From Guillardia theta CCMP2712 (taxonomy: Eukaryota > Protista > Cryptophyta), in NCBI RefSeq assembly GCF_000315625.1, contig NW_005434573.1, forward strand, positions 1 through 64,000: a stretch of 64,000 nt of DNA, written 5' to 3'. A program made the position numbers and the translations under genes. Shown here piece by piece: positions 12,767 through 21,601 of this stretch; positions within the stretch are counted from its first letter, which is position 1; each line of letters opens with the position of its first letter. The notes beneath the pieces were generated by a model, which ran no database searches, was not told the origin of the DNA, and saw only the letters and a program-made list of their open reading frames with translations.

Positions 12767-14449
12767 TCCATCATCGTCTCCATCAAACAACCTCAAAAAT
12801 GAGGTTATTTTGGATTGCAATCCTTCGCATCTGCGCTTGCAAGCGCTGAGTCTCCGTCTGTAGCACTCAAAGGTCAGCCCGTAAGATACTCAAGACAAAC
12901 TCGCTCGCAACTTCCCACATAACTCCCACAGTCCTTCCACATGACTGAAGAATGACAAACAGCAGCAGCACCTCGATGATCTTGTCGGCATTCCTCTTCC
13001 TCTTCCGCCACAGCCCAACGATCGACTCCCCCCTTCCAGTCCCTCCTCCACCCTCCCCCCTCGCTCCCCCCTCATCCTCCTCCTTGCTCTCATGCTGGCG
13101 CTTGTTCCGCAGGAACAACTCAAGGAGGCGTCCAGCGTGCACGACGCCTTGAGTTTCAAGTTTTCTCTCATCGAAACATGTCAAGGCCGCTGGTTCCACC
13201 GTGTGTCTGCGCCGAGATTGATCAGAGGCAGTTGTCAAGGTGTTGAGAAAGTCTATGAAGGAGGAAAATATTGATTCTTCGAGGAGAGACACCGGGAGGG
13301 AGAACTGGAATGATTGCAGTCAGTGGCAAGACATGTTAGAAAGCTGCGAAGAAGAGGATCAAAGGGGAAAGGACGGAGGAGGGAGGAGGGAGGAGGGAGG
13401 AGGGAGGAGGGAGGAGGGAGGAGGGAGGAGGGAGGAGGGAGGAGGGAGGAGGGAGGAGGGAGGAGGGAGACAAGAAATAGAGTAAGAGAGGGAAGAAAAA
13501 ATGCTACCTTTGAATGACCAGGAGCATCGATGACAAACAGACCATTCGTAATGTACCATGTTCTCCTCCTGTTGCCTTTGTCTGCGGTGACGGCAGGAAA
13601 CGTTCTGACAGAGGAGGGACTGGCCATGAAGAAATCATCTCCCACTACAGCAAGGATGAAGCTTCTGCCAAGGAGAAATCCAGAAACGTCTCTCAAGTCG
13701 AAACAATGGCACTGCCCACCGTCACTCTCCCCGCTGGACCCCTCTCCTCTCTCCATCAACTCTCTCAATATCCTCTGCTGGGCCCGATCGCCGCTGACAT
13801 CCAGCATCTGAGGTGCGTCCTCGCCACTGAGAGGCTTTGCGCCGACATCAGTCTCCTCCCCTGCCTCCTCATAGAACAAGTCCGCCGCTACGATAGAGCT
13901 CGTCTCTTGCTCCTCAAAGAAGTTCCCGCGAACCAGCAACGACAGCACCTCGCAGGATTTGAGAGCTGCCATGTTACAGCTGCAAGCAGCAGCCCCTTCC
14001 TCGAGATGGACCCATCCTTCCTCCACATCCAAGGACACGATCGAAGGCTCCGAAGAGCAGGGGTGCAGGGCATGGAAGAGCCCCAACGTGAAACCTCCCT
14101 GCATCCCTGCGCACTTGTCGTCAGGGGACGCGTCAAGGGCCGGCTGTTTGCATCGCAGCATGACGTCGGGAGCCGACTCATCAAACCTGGGCTGATCGCA
14201 AGAGCCAGAGCTTCTGACTCGCACTCGCCATCTGTTGTTGTCTCGAAGGTTCAGCTCCGAGGATAAGAAGTACCATGCACGCTGTGTCGCAACAATCTCC
14301 CTCGCAGACACAACTGAGTCGCCATCCTCCACCAGAACCACGGCCCCGTCTCCAACCACTCTCCATATCCTGCTCCCATCATCTGACCCGCATGGCTGCG
14401 ATTGCCACAACAGGCAACCGAGCAAGGCGATGAGTCGGACCTTATTCAT
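8740..14449 (-). CDS. Large multi-exon hypothetical protein; N-terminal signal peptide and possible laminin-IV (LamB)-like domain; may be two genes
   Basis: Long co-directional ORFs (13253-14500, 12867-13292, 11414-12088, 9737-10855, 9528-10031, 8772-9389) linked by GT-AG introns. MNKVRLIALLGCLLW signal-like start; WRVVGDG...WYFLS...LLVRG resembles LamB, judged by eye only. Confidence 0.5.
9940..10023. repeat. (GGA)n microsatellite, intronic
   Basis: Direct reading. Confidence 0.95.
12661..12790. repeat. (TCA)n microsatellite, intronic
   Basis: Direct reading. Confidence 0.95.
13375..13470. repeat. GGAG-based polypurine tandem repeat, intronic
   Basis: Direct reading; produces spurious RREEGGG/LLPPPSS ORF repeats. 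Confidence 0.9.
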
Positions 14450-14808
14450 GCCGTTCAGCAAAGGAAAGTCACTGGCTCTCTGCTCTCTGTAACTCCCCAT
14501 GATGAGACGAACCTCTTGAAGTACAACAAGTCATCAGAGTTCGACTCTTTCAGGTCATTATGACAGACAGTGACGATCTGTGTATGATAGAGCCCTTGCG
14601 TCGTCGTTGCATTTCTCTGGTACCTCTGATAAAAAAAGTCACGAATACAAGAGAAGGTAGTAGTGCGCTCTTTACTCAAAGTTAAGTTAAATATTTGGGT
14701 ATGAGAATGAGGCGACAAGTACCGTTGTACGGTACTGTTGTAGTACCATGCTCTGACTACAGTAGTACAGAAGTATCGTACGCAGACTGAGTGACCAGAC
14801 CAGGCCCG

Positions 14809-15258
14809 TCACGGACTCTTCACTTCCTGCACAGATAAAAGCTGAGCTTGGAGGATCAAAGAGCATCTCCATCCGACTCCATGTTGAGATCCTCCAAGCT
14901 CAGCATCTCTGACATACGTGTACTCGCCGCGATTGTCGCCTGTGCAGTCATGCTCAAGAATGAGGTCTTCTGTCGTCCTGTTGGGTAACCTGCTTGGGCT
15001 GCTGGTTCTCACCACCTCGATCTTGTACCCTACTGGAATGGTGTAGGGTAGCATGGATGGAGGCCTGGAGGTATCCACTATCCCGACATCCATGAATGGC
15101 TGCTCCCAGTCGCACCCCATGAGGTATGAACGAGCTTCTCGGATATCATTTCCTTCCTCCCCCTCTACCTTGCACATGGCTGTGCTTGATCCGATCCCCT
15201 TGCAGTCATTCAACCTCAGCCCCGCCGTTGGGTTGGAAGGCGCAACAGGAGCAATCAT
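14809..15258 (-). CDS. Small hypothetical gene in repeat unit 1 (probably spliced)
   Basis: ORF MIAPVAPSNP... with several GT..AG segments; repeated in units 2 and 3. Confidence 0.35.
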   Translation of the reverse strand: MIAPVAPSNPTAGLRLNDCKGIGSSTAMCKVEGEEGNDIREARSYLMGCDWEQPFMDVGIVDTSRPPSMLPYTIPVGYKIEVVRTSSPSRLPNRTTEDLILEHDCTGDNRGEYTYVRDAELGGSQHGVGWRCSLILQAQLLSVQEVKSP

Positions 15259-15339
15259 GCCGGGCCTTCTTCTCCCGTCGGGTCAAGATCATGCATCTCG
15301 TCTCCTGATCCTTACGACGTCAGGGCTAGAGACCCAGCA

Positions 15340-15439
15340 NNNNNNNNNNNNNNNNNNNNNNNNNNNNNNNNNNNNNNNNNNNNNNNNNNNNNNNNNNNNN
15401 NNNNNNNNNNNNNNNNNNNNNNNNNNNNNNNNNNNNNNN
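15340..15439. other. Assembly gap (100 N) inside the tandem array
   Basis: Run of N. Confidence 1.
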
Positions 15440-15461
15440 GTCGTCTTGGGCCCCATCGGCC

Positions 15462-15996
15462 TTACGAGACGTCACTGGCGTCGCAGTCCATGTACCATGA
15501 CAGCCACTCTTGGTCCTCCCCCAGCTCGTTCACGCTAGCCAGCCATCCGTCATGGGTACTTTCAGTAGTAGTCGTCTCGTCCGGCACGGGGGGAGACGGT
15601 ACTGCAGCCTCCATGACCAGAGTGTTGTTAGATGAGGCTGCGGTCAGAGATGGCGCAGGGGCTCCTAGGTCATCCTCTAGGCCAGCTTCCGGCCAGCGGC
15701 GGTAGGGCCAGCGCTTGATGCCGATCTTGCGGCAGGCGGCCTTGAGGCTGGTGAGCGAGACGCCCTGGGACACCGGGGTCAGCAGGAGGCCCTGGCGATG
15801 GGAGATGAGAAGGGTGGGGAAGGTAGCGGGGCCAAGGCGAAGAAGAACTTACCAGGCGCCTTGCGGCAGACTCCTGGGGCAGGTGGAAGAGGGGCTCGAG
15901 CGTGGAGAGGGAGACGTGGACCTTGGCGAAGGAGGAGGAGGGGAAGGGGGAGTCACGGGGACGTGGGGAGACCAGGACTAGGGAAGAGGCGGCCAT
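15462..15996 (-). CDS. RWP-RK transcription factor, copy 1 (148 aa; exons 15996-15853, 15764-15462)
   Basis: Spliced protein contains LFHLPQESAARRL|GVSLTSLKAACRKIGIKRWPYRR; phase-0 GTAAGT..CCCAG intron. Confidence 0.9.
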
Positions 15997-16263
15997 GGCG
16001 CGTGGGCGGACAGGAGGGTTCAGTGCGAGGTCGGAGGTTCGGGTGATGGTAAAGAGCTTCATCGATGAGTCCCAGTGAAACTACTCCTCTTCGTTTAGGA
16101 TGCAAAAACTCACCCCTGGGACCCGTGGTTGCTAGTGCAAGAATCCTTGAGGAGGGGGGGTAGGGTAGGGGAATACGTGGAGGCAGGGTGAATACTTACC
16201 TTTTTCAGGATAAAACTCAGCCCCACCACCCGGCCCCTTAGTACTACGGGCCCGTGATGATAT

Positions 16264-16523
16264 CGAGCCTCTATAGATCTCCCGACGAAACCATTTGCTT
16301 TGATTCATACGTCATGCGAAGAGGAGAGGTTTGGATGGGGTTGCAAGTGCTTGCAAGTGTTGTGCGAAGAGGAGAGGTTTGGATGGGGTTGATAGAGTCA
16401 AGGCTTGCAAGTGTTATGCGAAGAGGAGAGGTTTGGATGGGCTTCAAGACTTGCAAGTGCTTGCAAGTGCTATGTGAAGAGGAGAGGTTTGCAAGGGGTG
16501 GGAGGATTTGAATGACCTTGATC
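16264..16523. repeat. Dispersed repeat with internal GCGAAGAGGAGAGGTTTGGATGGG units
   Basis: Starts CGAGCCTCTATAGATCT, ends TTGATC; units at 16315, 16363, 16417 and 16473; relatives at 18405-18664 and 20657-20825. Confidence 0.8.
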
Positions 16524-16726
16524 CCTTCGAGTCACTCGGGTGACTACGCCCCGGGCCGCCGGATGGGGGCCTGGCCTGTCCGGCGCCACACTAAGCCTTG
16601 CAGGCTTCGGCAGTGCGCCCCGGGCTCGCCGGCCAGTGCGACTCTGTGCTGTTGAATACTTTGTTCGAGATCCGGATCAATGCATGCATTTCCTCTTCAT
16701 CTCTTCGACGCAAGCAAATAGGCAAA

Positions 16727-17347
16727 CTATACACGAGCATGGTGACAAAGAATACGGTTGGCGAAATCGGAGGTTGGTGCAAGTATTGGGGCGTTGGATG
16801 TTGATGTCAAGAAGATGGTAATCAACGGCCTGTGTCGGGAGCTAAGGAAAGAGACGAATACCGTTGCTGCAGTGTCTGTGCAAGATGCTACAAAATGGAG
16901 CTCTCCTAGGGAGGGGGGCGGCGCAGGCGGCACCCGGAAGCAGATCAGAGAGCATCTCCATCCGACTCCATGTTGAGATCCTCCAAGCTCAGCATCTCTG
17001 ACATACGTGTACTCGCCGCGATTGTCGCCTGTGCAGTCATGCTCAAGAATGAGGTCTTCTGTCGTCCTGTTGGGTAACCTGCTTGGGCTGCTGGTTCTCA
17101 CCACCTCGATCTTGTACCCTACTGGAATGGTGTAGGGTAGCATGGATGGAGGCCTGGAGGTATCCACTATCCCGACATCCATGAATGGCTGCTCCCAGTC
17201 GCACCCCATGAGGTATGAATGAGCTTCTCGGATATCATTTCCTTCCTCCCCCTCTACCTTGCACATGGCTGTGCTTGATCCGATCCCCTTGCAGTCATTC
17301 AACCTCAGTCCTGCCGTTGGGTTGGAAGGCGCAACAGGAGCAATCAT
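16727..17347 (-). CDS. Hypothetical ORF in repeat unit 2 (3' end differs from unit 1)
   Basis: Matches the unit-1 ORF up to WRCSLI, then diverges at the array junction. Confidence 0.3.
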   Translation of the reverse strand: MIAPVAPSNPTAGLRLNDCKGIGSSTAMCKVEGEEGNDIREAHSYLMGCDWEQPFMDVGIVDTSRPPSMLPYTIPVGYKIEVVRTSSPSRLPNRTTEDLILEHDCTGDNRGEYTYVRDAELGGSQHGVGWRCSLICFRVPPAPPPSLGELHFVASCTDTAATVFVSFLSSRHRPLITIFLTSTSNAPILAPTSDFANRILCHHARV

Positions 17348-17540
17348 GCCGGGCCTTCTTCTCCCGTCGGGTCAAGGGCATGCATCTCGTCTCCTGATCC
17401 TTACGACGTCAGGGCTAGAGACCCAGCAGTGTGTTGAGCTTCTTCTATCAATCGTTGAACATACACTCTTATCATGCGCTCTAGTGCAATGAGACATAAA
17501 AGTACAAACAGCTGCATGTCGTCTTGGGCCTCATCGGCCT

Positions 17541-18144
17541 TCAGACGGTACTGGCGTCGCAGTCCATGTACCATGACAACCACTCTTGGTCCTCCCCCAG
17601 CTCGTTCACGCTAGCCAGCCATCCGTCATCCCTCTCTGCTACAGGCGCAGGAGGTTGTGCCTCGGCTAGAGAGCTTCTCGGCTCGGTCTCGGTGAGGTCA
17701 TGGGTACTTTCAGTAGTAGTCGTCTCGTCCGGCACGGGGGGAGACGGTACTGCAGCCTCCATGACCAGAGTGTTGGTAGATGAGGCTGCGGTCAGAGATG
17801 GCGCAGGGGCTCCTAGGTCATCCTCTAGGTCAGCTTCCGGCCAGCGGCGGTAGGGCCAGCGCTTGATGCCGATCTTGCGGCAGGCGGCCTTGAGGCTGGT
17901 GAGCGAGACGCCCTGGGACACCAGGGTCAGCAGGAGGCCCTGGCGATGGGAGATGAGAAGGGTGGGGAAGGTAGCGGGGCCAAGGCGAAGAAGAACTTAC
18001 CAGGCGCCTTGCGGCAGACTCCTGGGGCAGGTGGAAGAGGGGCTCGAGCGTGGAGAGGGAGACGTGGACCTTGGCGAAGGAGGAGAAGGGGAAGGGGGAG
18101 TCGCGGGGACGTGGGGAGACCAGGACTAGGGAAGAGGCGGCCAT
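17541..18144 (-). CDS. RWP-RK transcription factor, copy 2 (171 aa; exons 18144-18001, 17912-17541)
   Basis: Same RWP-RK motif and intron; longest version. Confidence 0.9.
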
Positions 18145-18404
18145 GGCGCGTGGGCGGACAGGAGGGTTCAGTGCGAGGTTCGGGTGATGGTAAAGAGCTT
18201 CATCGATGAGTCCCAGTGAAACTACTCCTCTTCGTTTAGGATGCAAAAACTCACCCCTGGGACCCGTGGTTGCTAGTGCAAGAATCCTTGAGGAGGGGGG
18301 GTAGGGTAGGGGAATACGTGGAGGCAGGGTGAATACTTACCTTTTTCAGGATAAAACTCAGCCCCACCACCCGGCCCCTTAGTACTACGGGCCCGTGATG
18401 ATAT

Positions 18405-18664
18405 CGAGCCTCTATAGATCTCCCGACGAAACCATTTGCTTTGATTCATACGTCATGCGAAGAGGAGAGGTTTGGATGGGGTTGCAAGTGCTTGCAAGTG
18501 TTGTGCGAAGAGGAGAGGTTTGGATGGGGTTGATAGAGTCAAGGCTTGCAAGTGTTATGCGAAGAGGAGAGGTTTGGATGGGCTTCAAGACTTGCAAGTG
18601 CTTGCAAGTGCTATGTGAAGAGGAGAGGTTTGCAAGGGGTGGGAGGATTTGAATGACCTTGATC
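18405..18664. repeat. Second copy of the GAAGAGGAGAGGTTTGGATGGG-unit repeat
   Basis: Appears identical to 16264-16523. Confidence 0.8.
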
Positions 18665-18875
18665 CCTTCGAGTCACTCGGGTGACTACGCCCCGGGCCGC
18701 CGGATGGGGGCCTGGCCTGTCCGGCGCCACACTAAGCCTTGCAGGCTTCGGCAGTGCGCCCCGGGCTCGCCGGCCAGTGCGACTCTGTGCCACGGTGCTG
18801 TTGAATACTTTGTTCGAGATCCGGATCAATGCATGCATTTCCTCTTCATCTCTTCGACGCAAGCAAATAGGCAAA

Positions 18876-19496
18876 CTATACACGAGCATGGTGACAAAGA
18901 ATGCGGTTGGCGAAATCGGAGGTTGGTGCAAGTATTGGGGCGTTGGATGTTGATGTCAAGAAGATGGTAATCAACGGCCTGTGTTGGGAGCTAAGGAAAG
19001 AGACGAATACCGTTGCTGCAGTGTCTGTGCAAGATGCTACAAAATGGAGCTCTCCTAGGGAGGGGGGCGGCGCAGGCGGCACCCGGAAGCAGATCAGAGA
19101 GCATCTCCATCCGACTCCATGTTGAGATCCTCCAAGCTCAGCATCTCTGACATACGTGTACTCGCCGCGATTGTCGCCTGTGCAGTCATGCTCAAGAATG
19201 AGGTCTTCTGTCGTCCTGTTGGGTAACCTGCTTGGGCTGCTGGTTCTCACCACCTCGATCTTGTACCCTACTGGAATGGTGTAGGGTAGCATGGATGGAG
19301 GCCTGGAGGTATCCACTATCCCGACATCCATGAATGGCTGCTCCCAGTCGCACCCCATGAGGTATGAATGAGCTTCTCGGATACCATTTCCTTCCTTCCC
19401 CTCTACCTTGCACATGGCTGTGCTTGATCCGATCCCCTTGCAGTCATTCAACCTCAGTCCTGCCGTTGGGTTGGAAGGCGCAACAGGAGCAATCAT
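18876..19496 (-). CDS. Hypothetical ORF in repeat unit 3
   Basis: Near-identical to 16727-17347. Confidence 0.3.
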   Translation of the reverse strand: MIAPVAPSNPTAGLRLNDCKGIGSSTAMCKVEGKEGNGIREAHSYLMGCDWEQPFMDVGIVDTSRPPSMLPYTIPVGYKIEVVRTSSPSRLPNRTTEDLILEHDCTGDNRGEYTYVRDAELGGSQHGVGWRCSLICFRVPPAPPPSLGELHFVASCTDTAATVFVSFLSSQHRPLITIFLTSTSNAPILAPTSDFANRILCHHARV

Positions 19497-19787
19497 GCCG
19501 GGCCTTCTTCTCCCGTCGGGTCAAGGGCATGCATCTCGTCTCCTGATCCTTACGACGTCAGGGCTAGAGACCCAGCAGTGTGTTGAGCTTCTTCTATCAA
19601 TCGTTGAACATACACTCTTATCACGCGCTCTAGTGCAATGAGACATAACAGTACAAACAGCTGCATGTCGTCTTGGGCCTCATCGGCCTTCAGACGGTAC
19701 TGGCGTCGCAGTCCATGTACCATGACAACCACTCTTGGTCCTCCCCCAGCTCGTTCACGCTAGCCAGCCATCCGTCATCCCTCTCTG

Positions 19788-20277
19788 CTACAGGCGCAGG
19801 AGGTTGTGCCTCGGATGGAGTGCTTCTCGGCTCGGTCTCGGTGAGGTCATGGGTACTTTCAGTAGTAGTCGTCTCGTCCGGCACGGGGGGAGACGGTACT
19901 GCAGCCTCCATGATGAGGCTGCGGTCAGAGATGGCGCAGGGGCTCCTAGGTCATCCTCTAGGCCAGCTTCCGGCCAGCGGCGGTAGGGCCAGCGCTTGAT
20001 GCCGATCTTGCGGCAGGCGGCCTTGAGGCTGGTGAGCGAGACGCCCTGGGACACCGGGGTCAGCAGGAGGCCCTGGCGATGGGAGATGAGAAGCGTTGGG
20101 AAGGTAGCGGGGCCAAGGCGAAGAAGAACTTACCAGGCGCCTTGCGGCAGACTCCTGGGGCAGGTGGAAGAGGGGCTCGAGCGTGGAGAGGGAGACGTGG
20201 ACCTTGGCGAAGGAGGAGGAGGGGAAGGGGGAGTCACGGGGACGTGGGGAGACCAGGACTAGGGAAGAGGCGGCCAT
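19788..20277 (-). CDS. RWP-RK transcription factor, copy 3, frameshifted after the DNA-binding domain (exons 20277-20134, 20045-19788)
   Basis: 16-bp deletion (ACCAGAGTGTTGGTAG) near 19912 relative to copy 2 removes the acidic C-terminus from frame. Confidence 0.8.
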
Positions 20278-20541
20278 GGCGCGTGGGCGGACAGGAGGGT
20301 TCAGTGCGAGGTCGGAGGTTCGGGTGATGGTAAAGAGCTTCATCGATGAGTCCCAGTGAAACTACTCCTCTTCGTTTAGGCCCATGATGCCAAAACTCAC
20401 CCCTGGGACCCGTGGTTGCTAGTGCAAGAATCCTTGAGGAGGGGGGGTAGGGTAGGGGAATACGTGGAGGCAGGGTGTGTACTCACCCTTTTCAGGCAAT
20501 AACTCATCCCCACCATCGGATGATCCAATAGTAATAATGGG

Positions 20542-20613
20542 CAGTGTCAGGGTCAAGCCTCCTCGACTCTCCTGATTGTCCTCGTACTCATCTTTAACTT
20601 AACTTTGAGTAAA
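20542..20613 (-). repeat. 72-bp dispersed repeat, copy 2 (inverted)
   Basis: Reverse complement of 4331-4402. Confidence 0.85.
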
Positions 20614-20656
20614 GACCGGAATAATGGGCCAGTGGGTTTGAGGCTCACGGACTCGG

Positions 20657-20825
20657 CGAGCCTCTATAGATCTGAGATCTGATCTCCCGACGACTGAAAC
20701 CGTTTCAACCGTGACGGTTTTGGTAGGGGGCCCGGGCAGAGGTTTCGATGGGTTGCAACGGCCCGTGTTATCGCGGCGAAGAGGAGAGGTTTGGATGGGG
20801 AGGGAGGATTTGGATCATTTTGATC
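20657..20825. repeat. Shorter relative of the 16264-16523 repeat
   Basis: Same CGAGCCTCTATAGATCT start, one GCGAAGAGGAGAGGTTTGGATGGG unit, GAGGATTTG..TTGATC end. Confidence 0.75.
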
Positions 20826-21185
20826 GGAGTCCGACCTCTCACTGCGCCCCGTCATCCGCGAACTTACCGGAAGGCCGGAGCCTCGGAGGAGAGGTTTTGA
20901 TGCCCGGCCCGGCTGAGGGGTGGCAGACTCCGGGGTCGCCGGATCAGTTGCCAGCGGCCGCACACTGCACGCAGCCTGCAGCGGTTGACAACTGGCACAG
21001 TTTTCAGGACGCCATGCGGCCCTCCCTCCGGAGGGACCGAGCCTCGTAGTATCATGCCATGCCGGCGGGCGGCCGTCCGAGCGGCCGCGGCCGCTGGGCC
21101 TGGCTGAGGCGCCGGGCCCGCCGCCCGGCGGCCCGAGGATCCGGTCGGAGCCGGGCACGCCGGCGTGGCGCCTGGCCCGGAACTC
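20826..21185. repeat. GC-rich palindromic mosaic tract
   Basis: Same word set as the other tracts. Confidence 0.55.
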
Positions 21186-21601
21186 TTGAGTGGAACTCAC
21201 GCCTTGGGTGAGGAACGTCCGCTGGCATATGGAGCGATACAACAGCGGAGGGGGAAGGTAAGCAGCCCACGACGCGGCAGACGCTGAAGCCATCGCCATC
21301 CTAGTGATCATCATCGTCCTAGTGATCATCATCATCCACACCCTTGCCATTGTTATTGCAAACCTTGGCATCGAAGTTTTGTGTCTCCTCTCTCTTCTGA
21401 CGAACAACTTCTGCTCATCCTCCTCACTTGATCCAAAAAAGAATCTCAGTTGTTTCTCCTGCCCTGTTTCATCTGATCTATCTCGATGGCAGCCAAGATA
21501 ATCTCCGATGTGGCGAGCAAGCGATGAGTTGAGAAGGCTGGGACATCCGAAATGTCTTCGACCGCCCTCCTGCACCTGGTGTGATCCTTCAGCGAAAGAA
21601 G

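Larger units (their letters stand above)
14855..20515. repeat. Tandem array of a ~2.15-kb unit (about 2.7 copies visible), each unit carrying an RWP-RK gene
   Basis: Near-identical blocks, e.g. AGAGCATCTCCATCCGACTCC at ~14860, ~16949 and ~19098; a gap at 15340-15439 lies inside the array. Confidence 0.95.

Noticed and set aside
16315-16495. CRISPR-like array (24-bp repeats with 24-32-bp spacers)
   Set aside because: Spacers are related to each other (TTGCAAGTG variants), there are only 3-4 units, no cas genes, and the context is eukaryotic.
4331-20613. 16-kb giant transposon bounded by the 72-bp inverted repeats
   Set aside because: No TSD, no transposase, interior is ordinary host genes, and partial copies of the motif occur elsewhere; better explained as two dispersed copies.
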